Positions 42,890-51,157 of a stretch of 64,000 nucleotides of DNA are shown piece after piece; within the stretch, counting starts at the first letter, position 1, and each line of letters opens with the position of its first letter. Location of the stretch: positions 13,102-77,101 of the forward strand of contig CAYTNL010000017.1 in the NCBI GenBank assembly GCA_964439145.1. The letters run 5' to 3'. A program made the position numbers and the translations under genes. A model generated the notes under the pieces. That model ran no database searches. It saw nothing but the letters and a program-made list of their open reading frames with translations, and was not told the DNA's origin. The DNA is from an uncultured Verrucomicrobiales bacterium (lineage in GTDB: Bacteria; Verrucomicrobiota; Verrucomicrobiia; Verrucomicrobiales; DEV007).

Positions 42890-44554
42890 ATGAGAAACTC
42901 CCGCCTTGTCCTGAACCTTACCGCGCTGGCCTCATCGGTCCTGCTGGTGTCCCCGGCGCCGAGAGCGCTGGCTCAGCAATCGTCCGACGCGGAGGTCGAT
43001 ATCCCGCCGCCGCCCTCGGTGCAGGCGGATGTGTCGGAGATCCAGTTCGAATCCATCATCCGCGTGGAGGTGGACACGAAGCAGCCGAACTACCGGGTGC
43101 CGTGGAATATCGGCGGCATGGGCAACGGGGTGGGCACGGGATTTCTGGTGGGCGAGAACCAGTTCCTGACCAACGCGCATGTGGTCAGCAACAACCGCCT
43201 GATCTACATCAAGAAAACCAACGATCCCCGGCCCTACAAGGCGCGGGTGCTGCATGTGGCGCACGACTGCGATCTGGCGATGATCGAGATCGAAAGTGCC
43301 GAGGAATTCGGGACCGCGTTCAAAGGTGTGGAGCCGCTGGTCATCGGGGACATTCCCAAACTGAACACCACGGTAATCGCGGTCGGCTATCCCATCGGGG
43401 GCGAGCGCATCTCGGTGACCCGGGGTGTGGTTTCGCGGGTCGATTTCCGTCCCTACAGCCATTCGGGGGTCGATTTTCACCTGACGATTCAGGTGGATGC
43501 CGCCATCAATCCCGGCAACTCCGGTGGTCCGGTGCTGCAGGACAACAAGGTAGTCGGGGTGGCCTTTCAGGGTTACTCCGGCGCGGTGGCGCAGAACACC
43601 GGCTACATGATCCCGGTGCCGGTGGTGTCCCGTTTTCTCAATGATGTGAAGGATGGTCACTACGATCACTACGTGGATCTCGCCACGCAGACACTCAACG
43701 TGCTGAATCCCGCCCAACGTGTGGCGCTGGGCCTGCCGCAGGATGAAATCGGTGTCATGGTGACCGAGGCCGATCCGGCCGGATCCGCCGGGGGAGTGCT
43801 GAAAACCGAAGATGTGCTGCTCTCCATCGACGGCCACGAGATCGCCAGCGACGGTTTCATCGAGATCGAGGGCGAGCGGGTGAATCTCAACGAGATCATC
43901 GAGCGCAAGTATGCGGGTGACACCGTGAAACTGGAAATCTGGAGGGATCAGGCGCGTCAGGAGATCGAGATCAAACTCGATCGATTCATCCCCTACCTGA
44001 TCCAGGCGAACACCTATGATGAGCAGCCGAATTTCGTGCTGTTCGCCGGTCTCCAGTTCCAGCCGCTGGATCGCAACCTGATGGCGGCGCATAATATCAG
44101 CGACCTCCAGGTCCGTTATTTCTACAGCTACTTTTCGAACGAGGCGCTCTATCGCGAGCGGCCACAAGTCATCGTGTTGACGGCGGTGTTGCCGGACTCG
44201 GCCAACACCCATCTCCAGAATTATGTGCCCAAGGTCATCGACACCATCAACGGCAAGAAGATTCGATTGCTGCAGGATGTCTGGGACGCCCTCCATGGGG
44301 ATTTCTCCGAGGAGGGCCACGAGGATTTCCACGTCATCCGCTGCCTGGGCGAAGGGCGCCCGCTGGTAATGGAACGGGCGACGGCGCGGGAGGCGCATGA
44401 TCGCATCATGGCGAAATACAATGTCGGTTTCGACAATCATATCGAGGAGCCGGAAATCCTCCGCGTGAAAGCCATTTTTGCCGATGACGAGGAGGAAACA
44501 AAGAAGGGTGACGAGAAGGCTGCGCCCAAGGAAAAGACCGCTTCCGCCCAATGA
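42890..44554 (+). CDS. Trypsin-like serine protease of the Deg/HtrA (S1C) type with C-terminal PDZ-like region, secreted
   Basis: ATG at 42890 gives the signal peptide MRNSRLVLNLTALASSVLLVSPAPRALA. Catalytic triad contexts TNAHVV, DCDLAMIEI and NPGNSGGPV. Confidence 0.8.
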   Translation: MRNSRLVLNLTALASSVLLVSPAPRALAQQSSDAEVDIPPPPSVQADVSEIQFESIIRVEVDTKQPNYRVPWNIGGMGNGVGTGFLVGENQFLTNAHVVSNNRLIYIKKTNDPRPYKARVLHVAHDCDLAMIEIESAEEFGTAFKGVEPLVIGDIPKLNTTVIAVGYPIGGERISVTRGVVSRVDFRPYSHSGVDFHLTIQVDAAINPGNSGGPVLQDNKVVGVAFQGYSGAVAQNTGYMIPVPVVSRFLNDVKDGHYDHYVDLATQTLNVLNPAQRVALGLPQDEIGVMVTEADPAGSAGGVLKTEDVLLSIDGHEIASDGFIEIEGERVNLNEIIERKYAGDTVKLEIWRDQARQEIEIKLDRFIPYLIQANTYDEQPNFVLFAGLQFQPLDRNLMAAHNISDLQVRYFYSYFSNEALYRERPQVIVLTAVLPDSANTHLQNYVPKVIDTINGKKIRLLQDVWDALHGDFSEEGHEDFHVIRCLGEGRPLVMERATAREAHDRIMAKYNVGFDNHIEEPEILRVKAIFADDEEETKKGDEKAAPKEKTASAQ

Positions 44555-44604
44555 GATCCCTCCCGGTGAGAAACCGCTAATCAGAATCCATTCCCATTTT
44601 CTTC

Positions 44605-46107
44605 ATGAAGTCTTTCCTCAAATCCCCGACTCTCCCGCTCCTGGTCGTAATCGGCGGGTTCTGGCTGTCCGGTTCCGCGTCACGCGCCCAGGAAAAGCCC
44701 AGTCCCGAGAAATCGCTGGTCCGGGTGAACGCCACGCTCCAGAGCTACAACTTCCTACGACCCTGGGAAAAGAGCGCTCCCACCCCGCGTCGCGGACTGG
44801 GCGCGGTGCTCAGTGGCAAGCGGGTGCTGGTCACGGGCGAACTCATCGTCAACTCGACCTACATCGAGCTGGAACATCCCTCGACGGGCGAGAAAACCCC
44901 GGCCCGCATCCTGGGTCATGATTATGAGGCCAACCTGGCTCTGCTCGGTCCCATCGATGAAACCTCCACGGTGATGGATGGGCTGGTACCGCTGGAGCTG
45001 GACACCTCCGTCCAGCCCAAGGAGAGCGTCGAAGTCTGGCAGATCGAGGACAATGGCGACGGTGTCACCACCACGGTGGATGTGTTGCGGGCCTCGGTGA
45101 GCCGGTACTTCATCGACAGCGCGGTTTTCCTCGTCTATCAGACAGTCGGTTCGCTCCAGGCGCGCGCGAACAGCTTCACCCTGCCCGTGATCAAGGACGG
45201 CAAGCTCGGTGGGATGCTCTTGAGCTACAACGCCAAGGAACAGACCAGCCAGGTGCTGGCCGGCCCCATCATCGAGGCATTTCTCAAGGATCTGGAGGAT
45301 GGGGACTACCAGGGATTTCCCACCCTGGGCGTCGGCTTCGAGCAGACACTGGACGATCAGCTGCGCCGCTTCGCGAAGATCGATGACCGGGAAGGCGGTA
45401 TCCTGGTAACCAGCGTGTTGAAGGACAGTTCCGCGGGTAACTCCGGGCTCGAGACGGGCGATGTCATCCTCTCCATCGGCGGCAACGCCATCGATTCCCG
45501 GGGGAACTATGTGCATCCGGTTTATGGAAAGCTCAATTTCAGCCATCTCGTGCGCGGGGACGCCAAAGTGGGCGACACCGTGAAGATGGACATCATCCGC
45601 AAGGGCGAGCCCATGGTGGTCGACGTGAAGCTGGAGCGAAAGGCTCCCCAGGATTACCTGATCGACGCCTACATGTTTGATCGCGGCCCCCGCTATCTCA
45701 TTCTCGGCGGCCTCCTGTTTCAGGAGCTGACCCTACCCTACCTCGAAAGCTGGGGGGAGAACTGGGAGACCCGCGCGCCTTTCAAGCTCGTGCACGCCAA
45801 TGCCCATCCGGAGAAGTACGAGGAGGAGGGGCGGGAAAAGCTCGTGTTTCTCAGTCAGGTGATTCGCACGCCCAGCACTTTGGGTTATGAGGAGTTGAAC
45901 TCGGTCATCGTCACCCAGGTCAATGGTCAACCGATCAAAAATCTCAGGGATCTGGCGGACGCTTTCCAGAAGCCGGATGAAAAGGGGATCCACAAGATCG
46001 AGTTTTCCGACTTTCCCAAAGTGATCTATGTCGACGACCGTCTGTCGCAGGTGGTCAATCAGCAGCTCATCCAGTACGGCATCAGCCAGATGGAAAAGCT
46101 GGACTAA
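44605..46107 (+). CDS. Deg-like protease paralog lacking the catalytic His and Asp (probable pseudo-protease) with PDZ-like region
   Basis: Signal peptide. Aligns with the upstream gene, but TNAHVV becomes VTGELIV, DCDLAMI becomes YEANLALL and GNSGGPV becomes ANSFTLPV. PDZ-like SAGNSGLETGDVILSIGGNAI is retained. Confidence 0.65.
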   Translation: MKSFLKSPTLPLLVVIGGFWLSGSASRAQEKPSPEKSLVRVNATLQSYNFLRPWEKSAPTPRRGLGAVLSGKRVLVTGELIVNSTYIELEHPSTGEKTPARILGHDYEANLALLGPIDETSTVMDGLVPLELDTSVQPKESVEVWQIEDNGDGVTTTVDVLRASVSRYFIDSAVFLVYQTVGSLQARANSFTLPVIKDGKLGGMLLSYNAKEQTSQVLAGPIIEAFLKDLEDGDYQGFPTLGVGFEQTLDDQLRRFAKIDDREGGILVTSVLKDSSAGNSGLETGDVILSIGGNAIDSRGNYVHPVYGKLNFSHLVRGDAKVGDTVKMDIIRKGEPMVVDVKLERKAPQDYLIDAYMFDRGPRYLILGGLLFQELTLPYLESWGENWETRAPFKLVHANAHPEKYEEEGREKLVFLSQVIRTPSTLGYEELNSVIVTQVNGQPIKNLRDLADAFQKPDEKGIHKIEFSDFPKVIYVDDRLSQVVNQQLIQYGISQMEKLD

Positions 46108-46133
46108 GCCCCCGGCGACGGACCGACTCCCCG

Positions 46134-46814
46134 ATGACACCTGTTGGCGCGGTATTCGACCTCGACGGGGTGCTGATCGATTCCCACGATCAGCATCAGC
46201 GCAGTTGGTTTCTCCTCGCGGAGGAGCTGGGTCAGCCCCTGACGGAGGCTCAGTTCAAGGAAAGTTTCGGGATGAGGAACGAGCGTGTCATCCCCCATGT
46301 GTTTCACTGGACAGCTCCGGAGGACGGCGAGCGGATCCGCGCACTGGGTGATCGGAAGGAAGCGCTCTACCGGGAACTCTTGCGCGCGGAGGGGATCGAA
46401 CCCCTGCCGGGAGTGGTCGAATTTCTCCGCGATCTGCGGGAAGCGGGCATACCGAGGGTGGTGGGTTCCTCCACATCGCGGCTCAATATCGAAGTGTGTC
46501 TCGAAATGACCGGCCTCACCGCCTGGTTCGGCGGCCTGTTCGTCGGGGCCGAGGATGTCTCGAAAGGTAAGCCCGAGCCCGATGTCTTTCTGGAGGCGGG
46601 GCGTCGTATCGACCGTCCGCCGTCCGCGTGCTTTGTGGTCGAGGATGCACACGTGGGCGTGTTGGCGGCGCGGCGCGCGGGGATGAGAGTGGTTGCCGTG
46701 ACGACCACCCACGCGGCCGGGACTTTCGCCGGGGAGTACGCGCCGGATCTCATCTGCGATTCACTGTCGGAGCTTTCCGTGTCGCGACTCGCCCCGTGGT
46801 TCGGGGAGCTTTGA
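46134..46814 (+). CDS. HAD-superfamily hydrolase (beta-phosphoglucomutase-like subfamily IA)
   Basis: Motif I VFDLDGVLIDS, motif II GSSTS, motif III-IV KGKPEPDVF...VVEDAHVGVLAARRAGM. Confidence 0.8.
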   Translation: MTPVGAVFDLDGVLIDSHDQHQRSWFLLAEELGQPLTEAQFKESFGMRNERVIPHVFHWTAPEDGERIRALGDRKEALYRELLRAEGIEPLPGVVEFLRDLREAGIPRVVGSSTSRLNIEVCLEMTGLTAWFGGLFVGAEDVSKGKPEPDVFLEAGRRIDRPPSACFVVEDAHVGVLAARRAGMRVVAVTTTHAAGTFAGEYAPDLICDSLSELSVSRLAPWFGEL

Positions 46815-46824
46815 AGAAGGGTTC

Positions 46825-47490
46825 TCACCAGCGCCGTAATCGGCTGTCGAGCTGGAATACCTGGCCGGAGACCGCGCCGAGGCGTCCGTCGAGAAAGTCG
46901 ATGAAAGCGGCGGCATCTTCCGGTGAATTGAATCGTCCCAGGGTGTGATCGTGACGCGCGCGTTCGATGACCTCCGGCGGTAGACCGCGCGTCATGCCCG
47001 TGTCTTCGAGGAAACCCGGCAGCACGCAATTGACCCGCACCCCGCGTTTTCCGACCTCCTCCGCGAGCGCCTGGGTGAGACCGATGAGCCCGGCCTTGGC
47101 GGCGGCGTAGGCCGCCTGACCCGGAGGCGGGCGCAGGGCGGAGAAGGAGCCGACATTCACGATATGGCCCGTCCGGGCGCGGAACATCAGGCGGATGGCT
47201 TCCCGCGAGCAGAGAAAGGCCCCGCGGAGATTGGTGGACTGGACGACTTCCCAGTCCCCTTCCGAGAGCTTCAGCAGAGGAGAGTCGCGCAGCGTGCCGG
47301 CATTGTTGATGAGGAGATCCAGCCCGTCGATGCCGGAGAAGTAGTCGCGTATCTCCTCCGCGCGGGTCACGTCCAGTTCCGCCCTACCGGGCGCGAGCAC
47401 CTCATCGAAACGCCCCGATGCCAGCAGCGTCTCGCGCAGGCTGCGGGCGAGGCGGCCCTCCCCTCCGGTGATCAAAGCGCGTCGCGGCAC
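46825..47490 (-). CDS. Short-chain dehydrogenase/reductase (SDR) family protein
   Basis: ALITGGEGRLA (TGxxxG-like), NNAG, and the catalytic YAAAK context (AAYAAAKAGLIGL). 221 aa, short for an SDR. Confidence 0.7.
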   Translation of the reverse strand: MPRRALITGGEGRLARSLRETLLASGRFDEVLAPGRAELDVTRAEEIRDYFSGIDGLDLLINNAGTLRDSPLLKLSEGDWEVVQSTNLRGAFLCSREAIRLMFRARTGHIVNVGSFSALRPPPGQAAYAAAKAGLIGLTQALAEEVGKRGVRVNCVLPGFLEDTGMTRGLPPEVIERARHDHTLGRFNSPEDAAAFIDFLDGRLGAVSGQVFQLDSRLRRW

Positions 47491-47514
47491 GGATGGGAGA
47501 GGAGAGGCGAATCC

Positions 47515-48207
47515 TCAGCGTCGATTGTTGAAGGGATCGTTATTGGCCGGCGGGATCGGGCTCAGGGTGGAGGTGCCGGTGTCGTTCGAGTCGAATTTGG
47601 ACTCCAAGGAGGCGCTCTCCGTGGTGGCCGCTCCGGTGACTTGGGCGTTCGTCGCCCCGACGGGCGTGCCCACCACGGCGAATTCCTCGTAGGTAAAGGC
47701 CGTTCCCGAGAGTTGACCCACATACTTCACCACATCGGTGAAAGGCGCGTTCCTGAGTTTCAGGCTGATGGTGGTCCGTTTCTTCAAGTCGTCGCTGCCC
47801 TTGTAAATGAAATTGGCGACCACCTTGCCCCCCGAGAGTTCCTCCGACTTCTGGGTAAGGAACTCGAAGACCAGTCCGAGGTCGGTGTTGTTGAACTCCA
47901 CCGAGGGAATCACGATGGAGGCCAGTTCAGCCTCCAGATCACGCTTCGGTTTGATGCCCTGCTGGATCTTTTGCCGACATTGGGCCGCGTAGTTGCGGGC
48001 GTAGGGATAGTTCGGCTGATGCTTGAGAAAAGTCTCGAAGTCCTCCAGAGCGGCGACGTAGTCCCCCGATTCGAAATGCTTCACTCCCTCGTCGTAGACT
48101 TCCTTGAGCGTGCGTTTTTTCTCGGCCTGGGCCTCCGAGCTTGCGGGGATGCCCAGGAGAACAAGCGGGGCGGTGAGGGTGAGGAGGCGAGTGATGAGCC
48201 GGTGCAT
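47515..48207 (-). CDS. Hypothetical secreted protein (TPR-like N-terminus, C-terminal NDPF motif)
   Basis: Signal peptide MHRLITRLLTLTAPLVLLGIPASSEA. One TPR-like unit (YDEGVKHFESGDYVAALEDFETFLKHQPNYPYA). The block IVIPSVEFNNTDLGLVFEFL is seen in secretion-associated PVC proteins. Ends PPANNDPFNNRR. Confidence 0.55.
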   Translation of the reverse strand: MHRLITRLLTLTAPLVLLGIPASSEAQAEKKRTLKEVYDEGVKHFESGDYVAALEDFETFLKHQPNYPYARNYAAQCRQKIQQGIKPKRDLEAELASIVIPSVEFNNTDLGLVFEFLTQKSEELSGGKVVANFIYKGSDDLKKRTTISLKLRNAPFTDVVKYVGQLSGTAFTYEEFAVVGTPVGATNAQVTGAATTESASLESKFDSNDTGTSTLSPIPPANNDPFNNRR

Positions 48208-48294
48208 GGTGGGGTCCTTTCCGGTGATGCGTTGGGGGTTTGGATCATGGGAGGACTCCGTCGAGGAGCCCGATGTCCCCCTCAGACTATCAAA

Positions 48295-48323
48295 ACGGTG
48301 GGTTGGTGTAAACCCTCATCTGG
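48295..48323. repeat. Degenerate divergent copy of the recurrent motif
   Basis: aacggtgggttggtgtaaaccctcATCTGG. The minus reading is caccaacccaccGTTTTG. Lies ~88 nt upstream of the 47515..48207 gene. Confidence 0.3.
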
Positions 48324-48360
48324 CGTGATGACGCCACAACTTGCCGGAAAATCGGAGGGT

Positions 48361-48678
48361 TCAGGAATACTTGACGTTCTTCCCCGGCTCGGTCTCGTAG
48401 ATGAGTTCCATGGCGTCGGTGGTCGATTTCTCCAGGTATTCGCGTTGGAATTTCACCCAGAGGGGATCCTCGCGAAACATGGCCAGCTTGTCCAGGCTCT
48501 CGAAATCGATGGCCACGCAGAAGGGGTAGGCATTACCGGCCTCGGTGCGTTTGCCGGAGCGCACGTTGTGTACTTCCTGGATCCGGAGCAACAGGCTGCG
48601 GCTGGATCGCATCATCTCATCCACCACGGACTCATCGACCCCGGGGGCCAGTTTATAGAGCGCGATGAAGTGGATCAT
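48361..48678 (-). CDS. Dabb (stress-responsive alpha/beta barrel) family protein
   Basis: ATG at 48678 within ORF 48361..48774. MIHFIALYKLAPGVDESVVDEMM...HNVRSGK...FCVAIDFESLDKLAMFREDPLWVKF fits the ~100-aa Dabb fold pattern. Confidence 0.65.
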   Translation of the reverse strand: MIHFIALYKLAPGVDESVVDEMMRSSRSLLLRIQEVHNVRSGKRTEAGNAYPFCVAIDFESLDKLAMFREDPLWVKFQREYLEKSTTDAMELIYETEPGKNVKYS

Positions 48679-48761
48679 AGCCGGAGCGATGGTCGCCACG
48701 CGGGCGGAGGGGTGGGAGCACGGATGCGCTGGTGCCTCGGCGTCCCGGCGCTCGGGGGTTC

Positions 48762-49139
48762 TCAGTTGCGCCACTCGAGAGCGCCCTTCTTCAGCGCGTA
48801 GAGATAGGCGATAAACAGGATCCCGATGAAGCTCATGGCGCTCCAGAAGACCACCACCAGACCCTGCTCGACGGCCAATTCCCGAAAAGCGACCGCCCAG
48901 GGAAAAAGGAAGACCACCTCGATGTCGAAGATCACGAAAAGCATCGCCACGAGATAGAATTTCACGCTGAAACGGGCCTGGCCGTCACCCACCGGGTTCA
49001 TCCCGCACTCATAGGCGGAGTCCTTGGTGCGGTTGCCGAGCGCCCGTTTACCGAGCAACACGGAAGCGACCAGAGTGGCCACCGCGAAGCCGGTCGCGAT
49101 GAGGATCTGGAGTAGGACGGGGATGAATTCCTGAAGCAT
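48762..49139 (-). CDS. nuoA: NADH-quinone oxidoreductase subunit A
   Basis: ATG at 49139. SAYECGMNPVGDGQARFSVKFYLVAMLFVIFDIEVVFLFPWA is the conserved NuoA/ND3 core. 125 aa. Confidence 0.85.
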   Translation of the reverse strand: MLQEFIPVLLQILIATGFAVATLVASVLLGKRALGNRTKDSAYECGMNPVGDGQARFSVKFYLVAMLFVIFDIEVVFLFPWAVAFRELAVEQGLVVVFWSAMSFIGILFIAYLYALKKGALEWRN

Positions 49140-49149
49140 GAAACTGGGA

Positions 49150-49194
49150 AAGCAAAACCGGTGTGCCGTGATCCTTGGACCACGGTCACACCGG
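49150..49194 (-). other. Strong hairpin + T-tract immediately upstream of nuoA (terminator of the upstream gene or 5'-UTR element)
   Basis: 13/14-nt stem ccggtgtgccgtg / cacggtcacaccgg (49158-49170, 49181-49194) with a 10-nt loop. On the minus strand it is followed by TTTTGCTTTCCC and ends ~11 nt before the nuoA ATG. Confidence 0.45.
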
Positions 49195-49314
49195 GAATGT
49201 AGAGAGTTTCGTTGGTTCGTCCAGGCGAAATCTCGGAGTGCTTCGGCGGAAATACCGCCCATTCACACGCCGTGAGCCGCCCTTGTCAGGATGGGTGGGC
49301 CGGAGCCGACACGC

Positions 49315-49611
49315 TCACGCCTTGGCGGCGTTGGCGCTGGAGGCGTCCTGGATATTTTCCAGGCCGCGATACTCCTTGCCGTTCTTCTCCACCAATCCCC
49401 GCGTTACGAGATTTTGAAGTTTCTCGTAAGCGCGGAGACGAAGCATTTCCTCTCCTCCGCTGACTGCGTTGCGAGCTTTCAGATTTTCGTATACTACCTC
49501 AAACAACTCGTTGAACCCGAAGGTTTGTTTGTTTGAAAGAACAGTGACCAGCTCATCGGTCACATGATCAGGCACCCGTCTTGAGAATCGTGTTCTACGT
49601 GTGGTTGACAT
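49315..49611 (-). CDS. Small hypothetical protein, possibly winged-helix (98 aa), lower-GC patch
   Basis: Basic N-terminus, then FNELFEVVYENLK...LRLRAYEKLQNLVTRGLVEKNGKEYRG, which looks like a recognition helix plus wing. No family recognised. Confidence 0.45.
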   Translation of the reverse strand: MSTTRRTRFSRRVPDHVTDELVTVLSNKQTFGFNELFEVVYENLKARNAVSGGEEMLRLRAYEKLQNLVTRGLVEKNGKEYRGLENIQDASSANAAKA

Positions 49612-49724
49612 AGGTGGCAGAGACTACCACACCTGTCAATGGGTGGCCAACTTTTTCGTCACTGAAGCGCACTTTAGATGATATTCGCAGGAATGACCGA
49701 TTTCAGGGGGAAAATGCCTGGAAA

Positions 49725-50372
49725 TCAGTCCTCAATCGACCCGATCACCCGGATGCCGGAGTCATCCACCAGGAAAATCTCCAGACTCACCGGGTGGCGG
49801 ATCACCGATTCATCGTGATAGAGATCGGCCAGAGCCGGCGCGTAGGCGTCCAGCTTGCCCCCATCGGCGGGAAACACGTAGAGTTGGTGACGATCCAGCA
49901 CGATCACATGCAGCCGTTCGCCGAATTCCCGCTCGAAGCGGGGCAGGAACCGGCGCGAAAGCAGCACGCTGGAGAGCCAGGGACTCTCGTGCCGGAGTAC
50001 GGCGTAGTCCAGCACTCCGCGGGGATCTCGTTTGAACTCCGGTTCCAGCGTGTCCACCAGGGCGTCCGCGCGCTTGATGGCGGCTGCTTGGAAGCCCTCC
50101 CATGCGAGCCCGTCGGTCTGCCATTTTTCCAGGGAATAGAGCTGGATGCTGTATTTCCCCACGTATGCCGGTGCCAGGACCGTCTCCTTGGCACCGGTGA
50201 CGGGCGCGTAGACTTTGGGAAGTGATGCCTTGGAGACGAGCAGGAGACCGGCATCCCCCTCCTTCGCCGTCGGAGTGGTCTCGGCGTCGGTCTCCTGTCC
50301 GGAAACACTCCCCACGCCGATTGCGAACAGAGCGGCCAGCAGGGGGAAACACGGGAGGAGGCGGGGCGGCAT
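49725..50372 (-). CDS. Hypothetical secreted protein
   Basis: Signal peptide MPPRLLPCFPLLAALFAIGVGSVSG. 215 aa, protein-like composition, no family recognised. Confidence 0.5.
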   Translation of the reverse strand: MPPRLLPCFPLLAALFAIGVGSVSGQETDAETTPTAKEGDAGLLLVSKASLPKVYAPVTGAKETVLAPAYVGKYSIQLYSLEKWQTDGLAWEGFQAAAIKRADALVDTLEPEFKRDPRGVLDYAVLRHESPWLSSVLLSRRFLPRFEREFGERLHVIVLDRHQLYVFPADGGKLDAYAPALADLYHDESVIRHPVSLEIFLVDDSGIRVIGSIED

Positions 50373-50498
50373 CTCGGCGGGCGCGGGTGGGTGGTATTAC
50401 AGGTTGACCCCATCGGGGCCGCAAGGAAAGTCATTCTACATGCGGTCCGCCAATACGAAAACGGCGGTTCCAGCCGCCCAGCCCCATTCGACGCCTCC

Positions 50499-51104
50499 AT
50501 GATCACCTTCCTTCGCGGCATCCTCATCGAAAGCTGGCCGCACCGTCTCGTCATCGATGTTCACGGGGTCGGCTACGAGGTCATCGTGCCTCTGACCGCA
50601 GGCGACGTGTTTTCCCGGACCGGCGCCGAGATCACCGTCCTCACCCACCTCCATATCCGCGAGCAGGAGCACACCCTCTACGGCTTCGGCAACGCGGACG
50701 AGCGCGATCTTTTCCGACTGCTCATCGACCGGGTCTCGGGTGTGGGTCCCAAAGTCGCCATGTCCATCCTCAGCGGCATGAGCGCCAATGATTTCAAGGC
50801 CGCCGTGGTGGCCGGCGATCTCGGCGCCATCGCCAGCATCAAGGGACTCGGGAAAAAGACCGCCGAGCGCATCGTGCTCGAACTCAAAGACAAAGTCGGG
50901 GTGACCGAGGCCTGGGAAGTCCAGAGCCGCGGCGGTGAGATCGCCCCCGAGAAGACCATACGCAACGACGCCGTGCTTGCCCTGATTTCCCTCGGCTACA
51001 AACAGGCCGACGCCCAGAAAGCCATCACCCGCGCCGCCGAATCCGAACCTCCCGGCACCAGCGTGGATGGTCTGCTCCGCGCCGCCCTGCGCCAGTTGCA
51101 GTAA
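50499..51104 (+). CDS. ruvA: Holliday junction branch migration complex subunit RuvA
   Basis: ATG at 50499 gives MITFLRGILIE...VIDVHGVGYEV. HhH motifs LLIDRVSGVGPKVAMSIL and IKGLGKKTAERIVLELK. C-terminal domain III ALISLGYKQADAQKA. Confidence 0.9.
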   Translation: MITFLRGILIESWPHRLVIDVHGVGYEVIVPLTAGDVFSRTGAEITVLTHLHIREQEHTLYGFGNADERDLFRLLIDRVSGVGPKVAMSILSGMSANDFKAAVVAGDLGAIASIKGLGKKTAERIVLELKDKVGVTEAWEVQSRGGEIAPEKTIRNDAVLALISLGYKQADAQKAITRAAESEPPGTSVDGLLRAALRQLQ

Positions 51105-51157
51105 GCGCCGAGGCGCCCGGGCGTCTCAGTTCACTGGCCCTGCGCCCCCCAATTTCC

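Noticed and set aside
51105-51157. Possible terminator after ruvA (gcgccgaggcgcccgggcgtc)
   Set aside because: The complementary arms would leave a loop of only 2 nt and there is no T-tract, so a terminator call is not supported.
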